From contig JAYWIR010000011.1 of assembly GCA_036172245.1 (NCBI GenBank), positions 2,542,001 to 2,606,000 on the forward strand: DNA of 64,000 bases, given 5' to 3'. Of the stretch, positions 39,301 to 51,900 are shown in pieces; within the stretch, counting starts at the first letter, position 1; each line of letters begins with the position of its first letter. The translations under genes were made by a program, and so were the position numbers. The notes under the pieces were generated by a model, which did not search any database, was not told the origin of the DNA, and saw nothing but the letters and a program-made list of their open reading frames with translations. The DNA comes from Raillietiella orientalis (taxonomy: Eukaryota).

Positions 39301-41460
39301 GCCGTGGCCAAGCGTCCCCAAAGGGGACGGAGAGCAACAGTCTACCAGGAGGTGAGGGAAGGACTCCTGCTCCAAGCACCGTGCACAGTTTGGGTTCACC
39401 TTTCCCCCCCGTGTCCACAGATGCCGTCGGGAGTTGCACTGGAGGCCCCAATGCAGTTATCATCAACGTCGACCCCTGCCACTTTAAAGGGAGAATGCGG
39501 GTGTTCAGGAGCACCGGGGGCCGCTGCAGGTCTTCCTCCGGAAGACCCAGTAGCATGCTCCAGCGCAGAAGTCCACGAGGTCGAGCACTCGGGGTCGCAG
39601 CGTCAGTGAGCTGGCCCGTCGTGCACTCGCCCAGTCCTTTTCTCCTTCCGGAGATTTCTACAGTAACCTCCCATCTGGCCGTAAGGCTGCTGTCCAGATG
39701 CTCCCTAAGAGAGGGCAGCGCAGCGGCGAAGGAGGTTCTGTTTGCCCATGCACTCTTCGCGGGATCTTCCAGGATCTCCCGGAGAGTGAAGTTGTTGCGT
39801 GAGCACAGGAAACGTCGTCCCTGTTCCGCGTTTGGCTCCTAGATCCTCGTCCACGCGCGGACGGTTTCCTGCAACCAGGCACTGCCGTTCGCGGGGCGGC
39901 ACGAGATCCATCCCTTTTTCCTAGCCAGCGTAGCCACCTGCTGCAGGTGCAGTCCTCAGTGAATGAAACTGAGTGGACGGCGCGCCAGGAAGGACGTGAG
40001 CCCCACGCTGCCGGTGGCTTTCTGGACAAGAAGACGTGCAGATTGGAACCAGGTGGTCTTCAGAGGTTTGCCACGAGGGCAAGGGTTTGAAACTGGAGCG
40101 GCAGCTCCATTCGCTTCAGAGTCAGGAGGCCCAGGCCGCCGTCCCGGCGCGGAGCACACAAGTCCTCTAGGTGAACTCGGGACCTCCCTTTGCCCCAGAT
40201 GGCGATCCAGAGGAGGTCCTTTGTCCGCTTCCTAATGCTGCATGGTGGGCAAACAAAAAGCAAGGGGCGGAGAAAGGGAGCCATAAACGTGCCCCATACC
40301 GCGTCCCACTCCGGCAGGGAGAACCTGAGGCCGAGTGCTTTCTGAAGACGGCCGGACCAGGCTTCTGAGAGGCGAAATTCCCCCAAGGGAACTCCCAGGT
40401 ACTTTAAGTACCGGACCGTGGGGATCCCCAGGCGAATCCAGTCCGGCCGCCCTGCCCAAGATGCGCCAGCGGGAACCACGGACGACTTCGCCTTGTTCAC
40501 CACCACGCCCATTCCACGACTGAGCAGAAACCGTCGAGTGCGCATGCCGGCGTGGACATGGAGAGCAATAGCAGAAGATCATCAGCGTATGCTGAGATGG
40601 CAGGCGTGCCGAAACATACGCTTGGGTGGAGAGCCCGAGTATTCCTGTATGCCTCAGCACCAATTCGAAATAGGTGCTAAATAGTAGGGGGCTTAGGCTG
40701 TCGCACTGCCGTATGCCGCGTCGCACCGGCACGCGTGCACCGTCTGTCCGCTGAAAAAGATATTGATCAGCACGTCGCGCCAGCAGGAGCGCAGGTAGGC
40801 CATCACAGAGTCCAGGAAGCCCAAGCGTTCCAGGAGCCTCTGGTCGACGCAGTCGAATGCTTTATGCAAATCGACCACGACCTCAAGGGCTCCCACTCCC
40901 GCCCGACCTTCCGGTCCCTGGCCGACGGACGCTCCGGAATTCCGATTGCCCATCATCTTTCTTTCCTGCTGGAGCGCTGGTAGAAGCTGGTGAAAACCGG
41001 ATGTCCCCGATGAGTGGCCGGAATTGGGAATTGGTCCTCCGGGCCCCTTCCTGGAAACTGAATCAAGAAGTGGGAGTTCCCCTCCAGTTGTGCAAGGTAC
41101 GTACCATAGAGCTGGTGAATTGATGACACCTCTGCAGAGTGCATAAAGAAGCGTGCCTCTCCCTTCAAGGGATGCCCTCCAGAGAAAAATTTGGAAGCAT
41201 CCCTTCGGAGCTCTCTTCAGAGGAGCAAACAGGAGCGGTTCCCTCGCGGGTTCCCTCCTGGAGAAGAAATTCCAGGAGTCACTCCCTCCAGGGTACCCCG
41301 CCGGAGAGAATGGGGAAGAAGTGGCTCCCTTCGGAGAAAACCGGGGTGGAGATATTCCCTCCGGGATCCTCACCAGGACGTGAGGGGAACAGACTCCCTC
41401 CGGAGTCCTGCCTGGATTCATAGGGTGGTTCCCTCCATGGGTAGTCCCTATCGTGAAGGA
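36388..41460 (-). mobile_element. Host LINE copy (subfamily C 5' part, family C-terminus) split by a nested insertion
   Basis: 'FTSFYQ' is read on both sides of the duplication 38780-38794/40977-40991. Contains 'LKDLGVPRQDGGLGL', 'RTLPLKWQETALL' and 'RWPHL..GILKRM'. Minus-strand AATAAA at 36410-36415 and hairpin at 36388-36409. Confidence 0.7.
38795..40976 (-). mobile_element. 5'-truncated L1/Tx1-like element with RT remnant, nested
   Basis: DLHKAFDCVD, GIRQCDSLSPLLF, YADD (40578-40589), VNKAKS, LKYLGVPL, PRRDGGLG and CARC..ESFPHLLVDC occur in order. Perfect 15-bp TSD CTGGTAGAAGCTGGT; terminal hairpin at 38797-38818. Confidence 0.88.
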
Positions 41461-44400
41461 TGACACGCACCCCCAGGTGGCGTGCAAGGGGCTGAGGATG
41501 CATCCGGGATTTCACGAAGACACAACCCGGCGCTGAACGTCCTCGTAGAGCGTCTTGAGCTCCCCGGGATGGCGCGCTCGCGGGCCTTTCGTGTCCACCC
41601 CAGTCGAGGCGGAGAGAAGGAGCGCCGCTGGGAGAGAGAAGGACGCCTCGTCTTCCTTCTCCCTTTCTTTCTTTTGCTTGCAATTACGCTGGCACATCTT
41701 TTTTCGCCAAGCGATCGGAAAATTGGTCTTCCTTTCGTCGGGCCGGCCGACGAAAGGAAGACTTTCCGGACTCGCGCCGAGCGACAGCGCCGTCCCACAT
41801 ACCGCCCGCCCACTGCCGCTTCCGCTACTGCGTGCACGCAGAGTGTTCGCAACCGCTGCTCGTTTCCACGAGCAGCGGCCGGGAAACGCCGGGCCCCCTT
41901 GCCCTCGTGGCCGCAAGGCGAGTCGGCTGCGACGGCAACCCTTTGCCCGGAGTGTGGCGATGGGGGGGGGGGGAGGGAGCGACGACTCCCCCGAGTTCGC
42001 GAGAGCGAGCTCGCGGGCGCGGCCGAGAATGGGAGCCAGCGAACCGTCCCGCTGTCGCGCCTCTAAAAGACCTACTCGGGTCGGGGCCGGACTCATTGTC
42101 GCGACGCCTCGGTGATGCAGAGTCCCTCGGAGGAACTCCCGCAGTGTGTCACTTCCGACCTGTGCTGAACTCTCGAGAACCAACCGTTGCGGTCCTCTCC
42201 GCCGGTGGGGAAGCAGCAGTGGAGGAGCGTCCGTGGCAGCCAACTGAGGTAAGCCCGCTGCGCCGTGGGAGAGGTCGGGTGCGCCGCCACCGCCCTGCTG
42301 CTGCTGGTGGTGGTGGTTGTGGAAGCCGCCCGACTCTTCTCAGCCGCTGCCGAAGAGTCCCTCGTGGCTTCGCTCTCTTTTGCGTTCGGTCGGCGGCGTC
42401 GGTTGTCTGAGGACACCTCCGGTCTCCCTCTCGAAGGGAGGCCGCGCGCGGGGGTCGCATGTGCACGGGATCGGTGCGGCCTTTTCCCCTCCTGCTTCTC
42501 CTTCCAGCGCCTCCCGACGAGGCGCGGGCAGACTTGGCGCTTCGGGAGCACTTGACGTCATCCTCCTCCTCTTCCTGGATTGCCCCGGGGCCTGCTGGAG
42601 CATCGGAGGCGGGGCGCGGCTGCCGAGACGAGTTCATCTGGTCATCCGGAGGACGCCGCCACAGTATCGGGTGGGATTCTTCTGAGGGTTCGTCCTGCCG
42701 CTCAGCTCACCAGCGCCGCGCTCCGAGGGAAGGGAGGCTGACCCTACCGCAATCCCCACCTGACTACTCGCGGAAAGTCAGGGTCCACGGGAAGGAAAAT
42801 TCCCTTCTCCCTTCCTGATTCATTTTCTGGGTTTTCTCGCCGTTCTTCCCGACTCCCTTATCCACCCCCACCCCCATGCCTCTCGGTGCACGACGGTGAG
42901 GCTATGATGTCGAGCAACGGAGCTTCAGAGGAAAGAAAGGGGGTGGGGGATGGGAGGAATCGTCTCGCTCCCCGGCGGTTAGAAAGCCCCAGGGAGTCCT
43001 CCCATCTTCCCTCCCGAGACAGCGCTCTTCCGCGCCGCTCCTCCTCTTCTCCCGGGTCGACCCGCGTACGGTCCCGCGAGTCCCGGTTGCCCTGGGCGGC
43101 GGGAGCTTCAGCCCTCCCGCGGGGCCTCCTCGCACTGGGTGAGTCGTGCGCGCTCCCTCGCCTGGACTTCGGCGCGATTCCCAGGTGCCACGCCCCAGCA
43201 CGGTGGTGGAAGGGAAGAGGAAGGAAGAAAGGAACCCGGCCCTTCGAGACCCGGGCGTGCCTCCGCTTCTCGAGAAGGCCCTCAGCTGCCTCGAAGGAGG
43301 GCCTGAAGGCTTCGGAGCGAAAAAAGCGTCGCGGGTCGCACCCCTCCACCCTCTCGGCCACGCCTCTCCCCCTCTCGCAAGGCCGCTCCTCTCCGTCCGG
43401 GCCTCCAGGTGCCGAGGAAGAGGACCCGAGCCTTCTCGAGAAGGGGCCTGGAGTCCCGTCTGGTGGCGCTACTCCGAGCCATCGCGCGCGTTCCCGAACA
43501 ACCGCGTTGACTAAGCTGGCGGGAGGTAGTCCCGGACGCGAGGGAAGGCAGGAAAGGGTGCTGGGCAGAGGGCTGGAAGGGGAAGGCCTCCCCGAGCCCA
43601 CCGGCGAAGGGCGCGGCTCGCAGGGTGAAGAAGCCTTGGAGAGGAGGAGACGCCAGAGGCTCTCTTCTCCTTCCGTGCATCTGCTAACCACCTGAGGTCA
43701 AGGCAGCAGCGCCCAGCGGCCGTCCGGGTAACGCCAGCCAAGGGAGTCCAGGGGTTGGGAGGGGAAGTTTCCCCTCCGTCTCCTCCTTTTTCGGCTCTCC
43801 CCGTCCGGAAGCCATCGCGTCCTGGGCCTTTCCTTTCGTGCGTTCCTCCAGCGCGGTGGTGCGCGCTGTCGGTGAAGGGTGGCCCCGGGGCCGGGCGCGC
43901 GGTGACCCACATTCGTCCTCATCTCCGGACCTGGTCGGTGGCGGATCCGATTGGGCAGACTCAGGGATTTCACACGTCGGGCGCCTGGGCGGCCGCGCGT
44001 GTCATCGGGGGCGCAGCGCTCCGCGACTTCCCTCGGGGCACCGCGGTGCGGACCCGGGCGGAACCTGGAGGGGGCGTCGTCGAAGAGACGGCGTGCGGTT
44101 TCCTCGTCAGTAGAGGAGGATGGACGAACCAGCTGCCTCGCGGACGCCACTTCCGTCCTTGTCCGGACGCTTTCCGGACACACCCTCCCGTTGCCCGGGC
44201 GACAGCGGAGGCCTGAGAGGGTCGTCCACGCCGGGCCACACCTGCCAAGGGGTGGATCCGTCGTCCGGGCCAAGAAGCGGGCGGGAGGCAGGCAGCTCTC
44301 TCCTCTTCCACCTCCCCTTTTCTTCCCCCGGCGAAGGGCAAAGGACGCCCTCCCATCAGGTCCACAGTCGCAGGGAAAGAGGAGCCCCTCACCCAAGCGG

Positions 44401-44588
44401 GGCCGCTGCAGAGGCTCCGCGGATGCACTCTGTGGCAGGGTGGCACCCTCTGGGGGCGCGCGCGCGCGTCTCCTTGCTCGCTCCTTCTCACCGAATGCTG
44501 CCGCCGACCGCAGCGCTGTCGTCACAACCGAGCTCGAGTAGGACTGCCGTTACCTCATAGGCCTATGCGAGAGACCAAAGTGCGCGTC

Positions 44589-44661
44589 GTTTCCGTAGTG
44601 TAGTGGTAATCACGTTCGCCTAACACGCGAAAGGTCCCCGGTTCGATCCCGGGCGGAAACA
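44589..44661 (+). tRNA. tRNA-Val(AAC): tRNA-Val (anticodon AAC)
   Basis: 73 nt, GTTTCCG...CGGAAAC acceptor stem plus discriminator A; A box TAGTGTAGTGG; anticodon AAC at 44622-44624; B box GGTTCGATCCC. Confidence 0.97.
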
Positions 44662-44689
44662 GGTTTGGCCTCCGTGAGCGCGGAAGTGC

Positions 44690-44694
44690 TTTTT
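44690..44694 (+). terminator. RNA polymerase III terminator (T5)
   Basis: First run of >=4 T downstream of the tRNA. Confidence 0.7.
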
Positions 44695-47600
44695 AGGCAG
44701 CCGTGCGGCTGGAAAAGGGTGGGGTGAGCAGGGGTCGGTCCTTTCGAAAACCTCCGACGCTCAGAGGTCGTCTGCAACGGGTGAGGGGAAGGGAGGCTTC
44801 AGCTCTCCTTTTGCCTCTCGGTTGTCGAGAGGGAAGAGACTCCGCCGACCCACCTTGGGGGCGACGGGTCATGGCGAGCCATCTTGCCAGAGGGTGTGAG
44901 GTAAGAACGCCCACGTCCCAGCTGCGATCCCCTGGTTTCTCTGGTTACTCCCCGCGTGAGCGGTGGCTCCTCGGACGACATCTGCCTGTTTTCTCTCCCC
45001 CCCTCATCCCTGCCGCAGACCCACCCCTACAAGGAGAAGCGTCTGGACGGCTAGATAAAAACCGAACGCATGTCCCTCCGAAGACAGAACCCTTCCCCGT
45101 CCGGCCCTACAGGGGAAGGGCTGCTGGACCCTTCTTTTCAAATGGATTCGGCTGAGTTCACTTCTCTGCGGAGCCTTCCTTTCCTGGAGGCGGGAGGTGC
45201 ACACCCGGGCACTCGCTTGTGCTGCTTTCCCGAGGGTGTTCGGTTTTGCCGCCTTCTGCACCGCGTCCCCAGCCGCGTCCCCACATGGAGGCGGGGGAGC
45301 AGGTGGGGGGGGAAGCGAAAGGAAGGAAGCGTTTTGCGACGTCGCTCTGAGCTGTCGGAACGTTTTCGAGCTCAACTTACCTTGTCCATTGGGACAGAGG
45401 CTGTTACTAGGTTACGCGTCCGAGCGGCTACCCGTGACCAGGCATTTACCCCCAGCAATTAGAGTCGCCTGCCGCGCCCGGTAGGACGCGAGCACGCAGT
45501 TTCTCTCCCTCTCCGGTGGAGGAGGTTCGTTCTTCTCCCTCCACTGGTCCGGTGCGCCTTCTGTTCCGGTTAGTATCGATGCCTTCTGTTCCGGGAGATA
45601 AACAGAGGAGACCAGTCTCCTCTGCGGCCGGTCACCACTTGATCGCATCTGAACACCCTTTGCTGCATCAAGAGCTTTCCGTTCAGCTGGGGTGGCTTCG
45701 CTCCCCCAAAACCGTGTGCCGTCGCCTCAGAGCGCTCGCTCCATTTCCGGAAGAGAGAGTCATCTTCTGATGGCGGTGGATAGCGCGACGCTTCGGCCGC
45801 TCGCCGCTAGGGAGCACCTCACTTCTCTTTCGTCCTCTGCGGGGGGGGTCGAGAAGGCGGGGACAGAGACCCTTTTCTCCCCCTCACCCCCGAGACCTCG
45901 CCCCAGGAGACCTGCCGTCTTGCTTCCCGGAACACCTCCGGGACCGTAGATCCTCCGCGCTCGCGCGGTCCCGTGTCGGTCTCGAGAGTCCCGAGGGAAA
46001 GTAGACGTTCGTCTCCGAGTCCTCCTGGACCGCCTCAGAGCACTGCCGCGTCCCACTCCACTCTTTTCTCCCCGCCCACCACCCGCGTTTCGCTGGTTCG
46101 CTCCGGAGGATGACGTTCCCGGAAAGAGGGATGAGGTTTGCCGCCTGTCAGTAAGTGACTGGAGATGAGCGAAAAAAGACAGCGCAGCTGACCTCTTCGC
46201 AGGCACCCCTCTATACCAGCCGCGAGACAAAGGTCACTGGCGTGCAAGGCTGATGAGGAAGACACCGGGAATTCACCGATTCTCCTTTTTCCTTTATTCT
46301 CCTATTCTTCTTCTTCCTCTCCCTCCTCTTCCTTTTCCCTGCCTTCTCCACTACCCACCGCTACGACTTCTCGGTCGAGAAGGGAGCGACACTCACGCGT
46401 GGGTGCCTTCAGGAGATTCCGGCAGGCGAAGACTCCCTCGAGCGGATGGTTCCGGAGAGGAAGGGAAGAGTCGAATCTTCGGAAATCCGGGTGCGCGCGC
46501 GCTCTCAGGAGGTTGATTTTTTCCCGGGGATACCTGGGAACGCTCATCTGGAGACGCGGGGAGTGCGCACAACCGCCGGCGCCGACGAATGGGCGCCGGC
46601 GAAGGGGGGAGGGGCATGCAGCCGGAGCAGACCAGACGGCGATCAAGAAGGAAAGAGGAGGAAGAAACAAGGAAAGATCCACCATATGGGAGGAGCGCAG
46701 AGGACGCAGCCACGCGGTCCTGTCGCCACAATGGGCAGGCGATGGACATCGGCGCTTTCAACTCGCCGCCGTCTCAGGAGTGCTCTCACGCGTTTTCCGT
46801 CGCCTCCGCAGCAGCACAGCAGACGGCGCATGAGGCGGGGAAGAGGGAGGGAGTTCTAATAGTAGAACAGCCGGGTTCCGAAAGCGATCGCTTGACGGGG
46901 GAGTCACCACCATCGGCCTGGGCGCAGCCGCGAGCGCTTCCCCTTCTCGGCTCCCTCACGCGCGCGCCGCGACGTGAATTCGACGCTGCTCCGGCAAGGA
47001 AGGGGACAGGGAAGGGCGAGGCTTTTTAGGACCCCTCCCCCATCCGTTCTTTCACATCAAAGGAGGCCTGAGCATCTCCCAAGATGTGTCTCATCGTGGG
47101 AAGCGGAAGGTCCCCAGGCGGCGTTTCCGTGACGACATCCTTCCCGCTGATGTTGTGGCACCGCCGAGGGGGATGGCGAACGAGCGCTCTGCCTCTTTGG
47201 CGCTGCTCCCCTTCCTTCCCGGCCGTACTGTGTAAGCGCTGGGATGAGAACTCTGGGATGGGGAATGGAGGTGGGGACCTTCCTTGCCGGTCCTTCCTGC
47301 CATCGGCGCTCTCGTCTCCCCGTGGCGGAGCGCTACCGGGCGCGCGCGAGTGAACACCTCGGACAGGCGGAATGATCGCCTCGGTAACCTGCCTTCCTCC
47401 GTTTTGAGACAGACGAGGCCGCACGAGGAGAGGGAAGGCCAAGAAAGGCAGACTTTCCTGGGGGCACGGCTGCTTCCTGCCACCGGGAGGACCCTTCGCC
47501 CGGGAAACGCGGCCTCCCATTGAGAGCCACGGAAAGAGGGGAAGGGGGAGAGACTTGGGTGGCGTGAGGGAAATCGCGGGGAGGTGGCCAGGGGGCAATG

Positions 47601-48913
47601 TGTGTGCATTCGCGGGTGAGGGGCGGGTGCCTCGCGCGAGACTCTTCCGCGACCTTCCGAGGTGCCGATGGCGCGTCCTCGCAGGATCAGGGTGGGCCCG
47701 AAGGGCCTGGTGGCTCCGTTCCCATCCGGGGAAGCTGCGCTTTCTCAGAGTTCAGCCTGCGGGAGGCCTCTGAACCAGAGCAACCCACGACGAAACTCGT
47801 GGGGTCAGCGGGACGAAGAGGAGGAGGCTGGCTGGAGCGCCCGCGCGTCCTCCTTTAGCCGGGAGCCGCTCCGAACAGTACTTGCTCCTTGTTCTGCTCT
47901 GCCTACCCACCTCTTCCTGGCCTCCATCTTTTCAAGCCCGCTGTTTCTTCCGGCATGGGAGCCGCACGGCTACTGTAATCCGCACCCCTCCCTGAGCGAC
48001 CCCTTCGTCTCGGCATAGAGGCTATGGCGTGGGCGAACCACCTCCCGACTCCGGGATGTGCTCGGGAAGAGCAGCAGCCGGACCCTCCCGCAGGCGTTTG
48101 GCTCCCGCGGACAGCTCCCGCTCTCCTCCGTCCCGTGCCTCGGGGCCTGATCCAAGGAGGAGAAAGGGGAGGAACAGAGGAGGATGTGACCCTGGAGTGA
48201 CCTCTCAAGGACCTTACTTCGAAGGAGCTCCTGGGAAAAGGGAGAAAGGAGGAAAAGAGGAGGAGTAGGAAGGGAAGAGAGGAGAGAGAGGGAAAAGGTG
48301 GACAGATGGCCTCCCAGAAAGAGGTGGACGCAGCGCCCTTGAGAGGAAGAGAGGAACGGGTGCGCTCCAGCCTTCCGAAGACGCGTCCGCATGACTCGCG
48401 TGCTGTCGACCCGGCACGCGAGGAAGTCGCTGGAGACAGCCGTCCTTCCGGGAGAGCCCGCAGAGATACTGGCGTCCTCCTCTCCCTTTCCTCTCGGCGG
48501 TGAGTTTGGGCGCGACACCTGAAAGGCTTCCTGCCCCGTCGGCAGCGACCTGGCGCCGCGGGGCGTCGGCCAACCAGCGTGCTCTTTCACGACAGGGCAT
48601 CCAGGGCGGGGTGCTTTCCTTCTTCTTCGAGTTGTTCCCGGGTCCCCGCAACTCCTCGGCTGCGCCTTCCGGGACAGCATTTCCTCTGTGCGTCTCAGAC
48701 TCGGCCATCCGAGGGTCCGACTTGCACCCCCATGACCGCCCCAGCAGATGCCCCGGTCATCGTCACGTCTTCCTGCCCTTTTCTCTCCTGCTCGCTCCCT
48801 GGGTGCCTGGCTGGGGGAGATCGACCCCCACCCCCTTCCCCTCCTGCCTCCAGGATCGGCCGCTGCTGAGCGCAGACTGTTGTTGCAGCTTCCGGGAAGA
48901 CCCCGAACCAGGG

Positions 48914-51900
48914 ATGGCGACGCACGCGGTGCTCACCTTCCTCCTGCACATATACCTGCAGGACACCGCCTCTGGAGTCAGCTGCCCACCCGTTTCCGGC
49001 CCGGCGCCTCCCCCGTGTGCTTGCCACTCGGACGCGACCGGCGTTGATCTGCGGTAGGTGTGCGCGCGGCAGCTGGGGCGGGGGACCCGCGGGTGAAATG
49101 AAGAAGACCCCGAAGTCTAACGCCGTTCCTCGTGCTGAAGCGTCCGTTCTCTTCCCGGGTTCCAGCTGCACGCACTCCAGCTTCCCAGAAATTACCCTGT
49201 TCCTGGCTGGGCTGCCGACCCGGCAGCGCGTACGAACGCTGTCCCTGGAGGGCAACGACATCCCGGAGCTGCCCGCCGGCGCCTTCGGCTCTCTGAGGTT
49301 GGAGCGCTTGGAGCTGCGCAGCAACCGGGTGCAGCTGCTCTCCCCGAGGGCGTTCTCGGGGATCGAGGACTCCCTGTCCGGACTGCACCTGGAGGAGCCC
49401 CTCCTGCACGACGTCCCGGCCGGGCTACTCGCTCGCCTGGGGGCGCTGCGGACGCTCAACGTGAGCGACTGCCCCCTGGGCGCGCTTCCGGAGCTGGGTG
49501 GCCTGGAGTCCCTGGAGGAAGTGCGGGTGCGGCGCACGCACGTGTCGGCCCTGCCCCCGGGCGCGCTGTCTCGCCTGCCCCGGCTGGAACTCTTCGAGCT
49601 TGTAGAGTCCCCGCTGGCAGCTGTGGAGGGCGGCGCCGTCGCCGACTGCCCCCGGCTGCGCGCTGTCGACCTGTCCGGGGGTCGGCTGCGCCGCCTTGCG
49701 CACAGCTCCTTCGAGGGCGCCCCGGCCCTGGAGCGCCTCTCGCTCTCCAGGAACGGCCTCGAGGAGCTTCCTTTCGTGCGTCCCCTCGCGGGTGGGATGC
49801 GTGCCCTCCGCTCCCTGGACCTCAGCGCCAACTCCATCGCCGCCATCGGGGATGGGGAACTGGGGCATCTGCCCTCCCTGGAGGAAGTTGACCTAGCGGG
49901 CAATCCCCTGATGGGGCTGCTCCCTTCCAGCTTCCGGGGCAGCTCCCGGATGCGGAGGCTTGTGCTGACCGGCGCGCGCCTGGACTCGCTCCCGGAGGAC
50001 GCCTTTCGAGAGCTCCCCCGCCTGGAGGAACTGGGTGTGCGGGGGACAGGCCTGTCCGGTGTGGGCGAGTTGGGTGGACTGCGGGCCCTGCGCGTGCTGG
50101 ACGCGGGAGCCAACTGGATGCCCTCGTTCCCAGATCGGCCCCTGCGCGCCGAGCTCCCCTCCCTGGAGCGCCTGGACGCCGACGGGAGCGGCGTGGAGGC
50201 CCTCAACGGGGCCTTCCTGCCGGAGAGCCTGCGCGCCCTGGACGTGTCCTGGAACCGGCTGACCGAGCACGCCCTCGGCGAACTGGCGGGCTGCCGGTCG
50301 CTGCGGGAGCTGCGCGTGGCCCACAATCTACTTGCATCCCTGGACCTCGGTCCGCTGATGCGCCTGAGGGTGCTGGACGCCAGAGGCAACGTCGTCGCCG
50401 CCTTGCGCCGCACCCGCCCAGGGACGTCCGACATGGAGAGTCTAGACCTCTCCGGGAACCGCATCGCCTCCCTGCCGGAGGGTATCTTCCTCGGCATGGA
50501 CCGCCTTCGGTCGCTCGATCTCAGCGGCAACCTCCTGGACGAGGTCGCGTCCGGCGTCTTCGCCCCGCTGACGGCGCTGCGCGAGCTGCGACTCGCCCGC
50601 AACCGCCTAACGCGACTGGACGCGCGCAGCCTCCCCTCGGGCGCCGCCCTGCAGGTCCTCGACCTCTCCGGGAACGCCCTCGTCGGGCTGGACTGGGGTC
50701 AGGGGCAGCCACCCGGGACCAGCAGCTGCCCGGGGCCCCGCGGCCTTCAAGAGCTCTCACTGAGGGACAACTTCGTCGGGAAGGTCGGCCCGGGATCCCT
50801 CCCGTGCCTCTCGGAGCTGCGTTCCCTGGACCTCGGTCACAACAAGCTGACTTCCGTGCCGGAGGGCGCCTTCGAGGGCCTTCCCACCCTCCGCGAGCTC
50901 TCCCTGGCGGAGAATGGGATTTCCTCCCTGGGAGCCGGGGCCTTCTCCGGACTGCCCGGGCTGGTGTCCCTGAACCTAAGCTTCAACCAGCTCCGCGGGC
51001 TCCACCCACGGGCCCTGGGCGACGCCGCGAGGGCGCTCCAGTCCCTGGACCTGTCCAACAACTCCTTCGGGTCCGCGGTGGAAGCCTTGGCGGAGCCTCT
51101 GCCCCGCGCAGAGCGGCTATTCCTGCGGGGCAACGGGATCCGCCGCCTCTGGGAACCTGGCCGCCTCCCCAGGGACCTGCCCGCCCTGCAGGAGCTCTAC
51201 CTGGAAGATAACGTCCTGGAGAGGCTCCCGGAAGGGGTATTCCAGGACGCGGCGCACCTGCGTGTGCTGCACCTCTTCTACAACGACGTGTCCCGGATCG
51301 ACCCTGGGGCGTTCCGCGACCTCCCGCAGCTACGCGAGCTCAGACTCGACCACAACTTGCTGGCGGAGCTGCCTTCGGGGGCCTTCACCCGGCTGCCCTC
51401 CCTGGAGACGCTGCAGCTTCAGGAGAACCAGCTGGCGGCGCTTGACCCAGGCTGCTTCGACGGGCTGCCCGCCCTGCGCAACCTCGACGTCAGCCGCAAC
51501 TCCCTCGTGGAGTTACCGGCGGCCGCTCTCTCCCGGCTGCCCGCCCTCGCCCGCCTCGACGCCAGCAGCAACCTGCTCGTCGCCCTGGACTCGAACAGCC
51601 TCCGGGCGCTGGACCGCCTGGAGGACTTCCTGGTAAGCGCGCGGCGCTCCGAACAGTTCGCTCGCAAGTAGGACGGTCCCCCTCTTGCTCACCCCTTTCC
51701 CCCTCCAGGGAAAGGAGGAAGCGTAGAGCTCCTTGAAGCCAAGTCCCTCAGAGGTCACTCTGGGAGTCACCTGCTCCTCCTAATCCTCCCTCGCGGATGC
51801 CCGTGACGTGCCGCAGGAGCGTGCACGATGGCCAGGGGAGGGAGGGAGACGCGTCCCGGGCGCTCAGGATGTCTCGTATCGGGAGGTCGCTCGCAGTAAG

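Noticed and set aside
41480..48900. Many overlapping 100-280 aa ORFs
   Set aside because: Expected in high-GC DNA; no recognisable motifs or consistent splice chain. I could not identify a LINE ORF1 here.
48695..50602. 635-aa minus-strand ORF
   Set aside because: Antisense shadow of the GC-rich LRR exon; Arg/Ser-rich with no domain.
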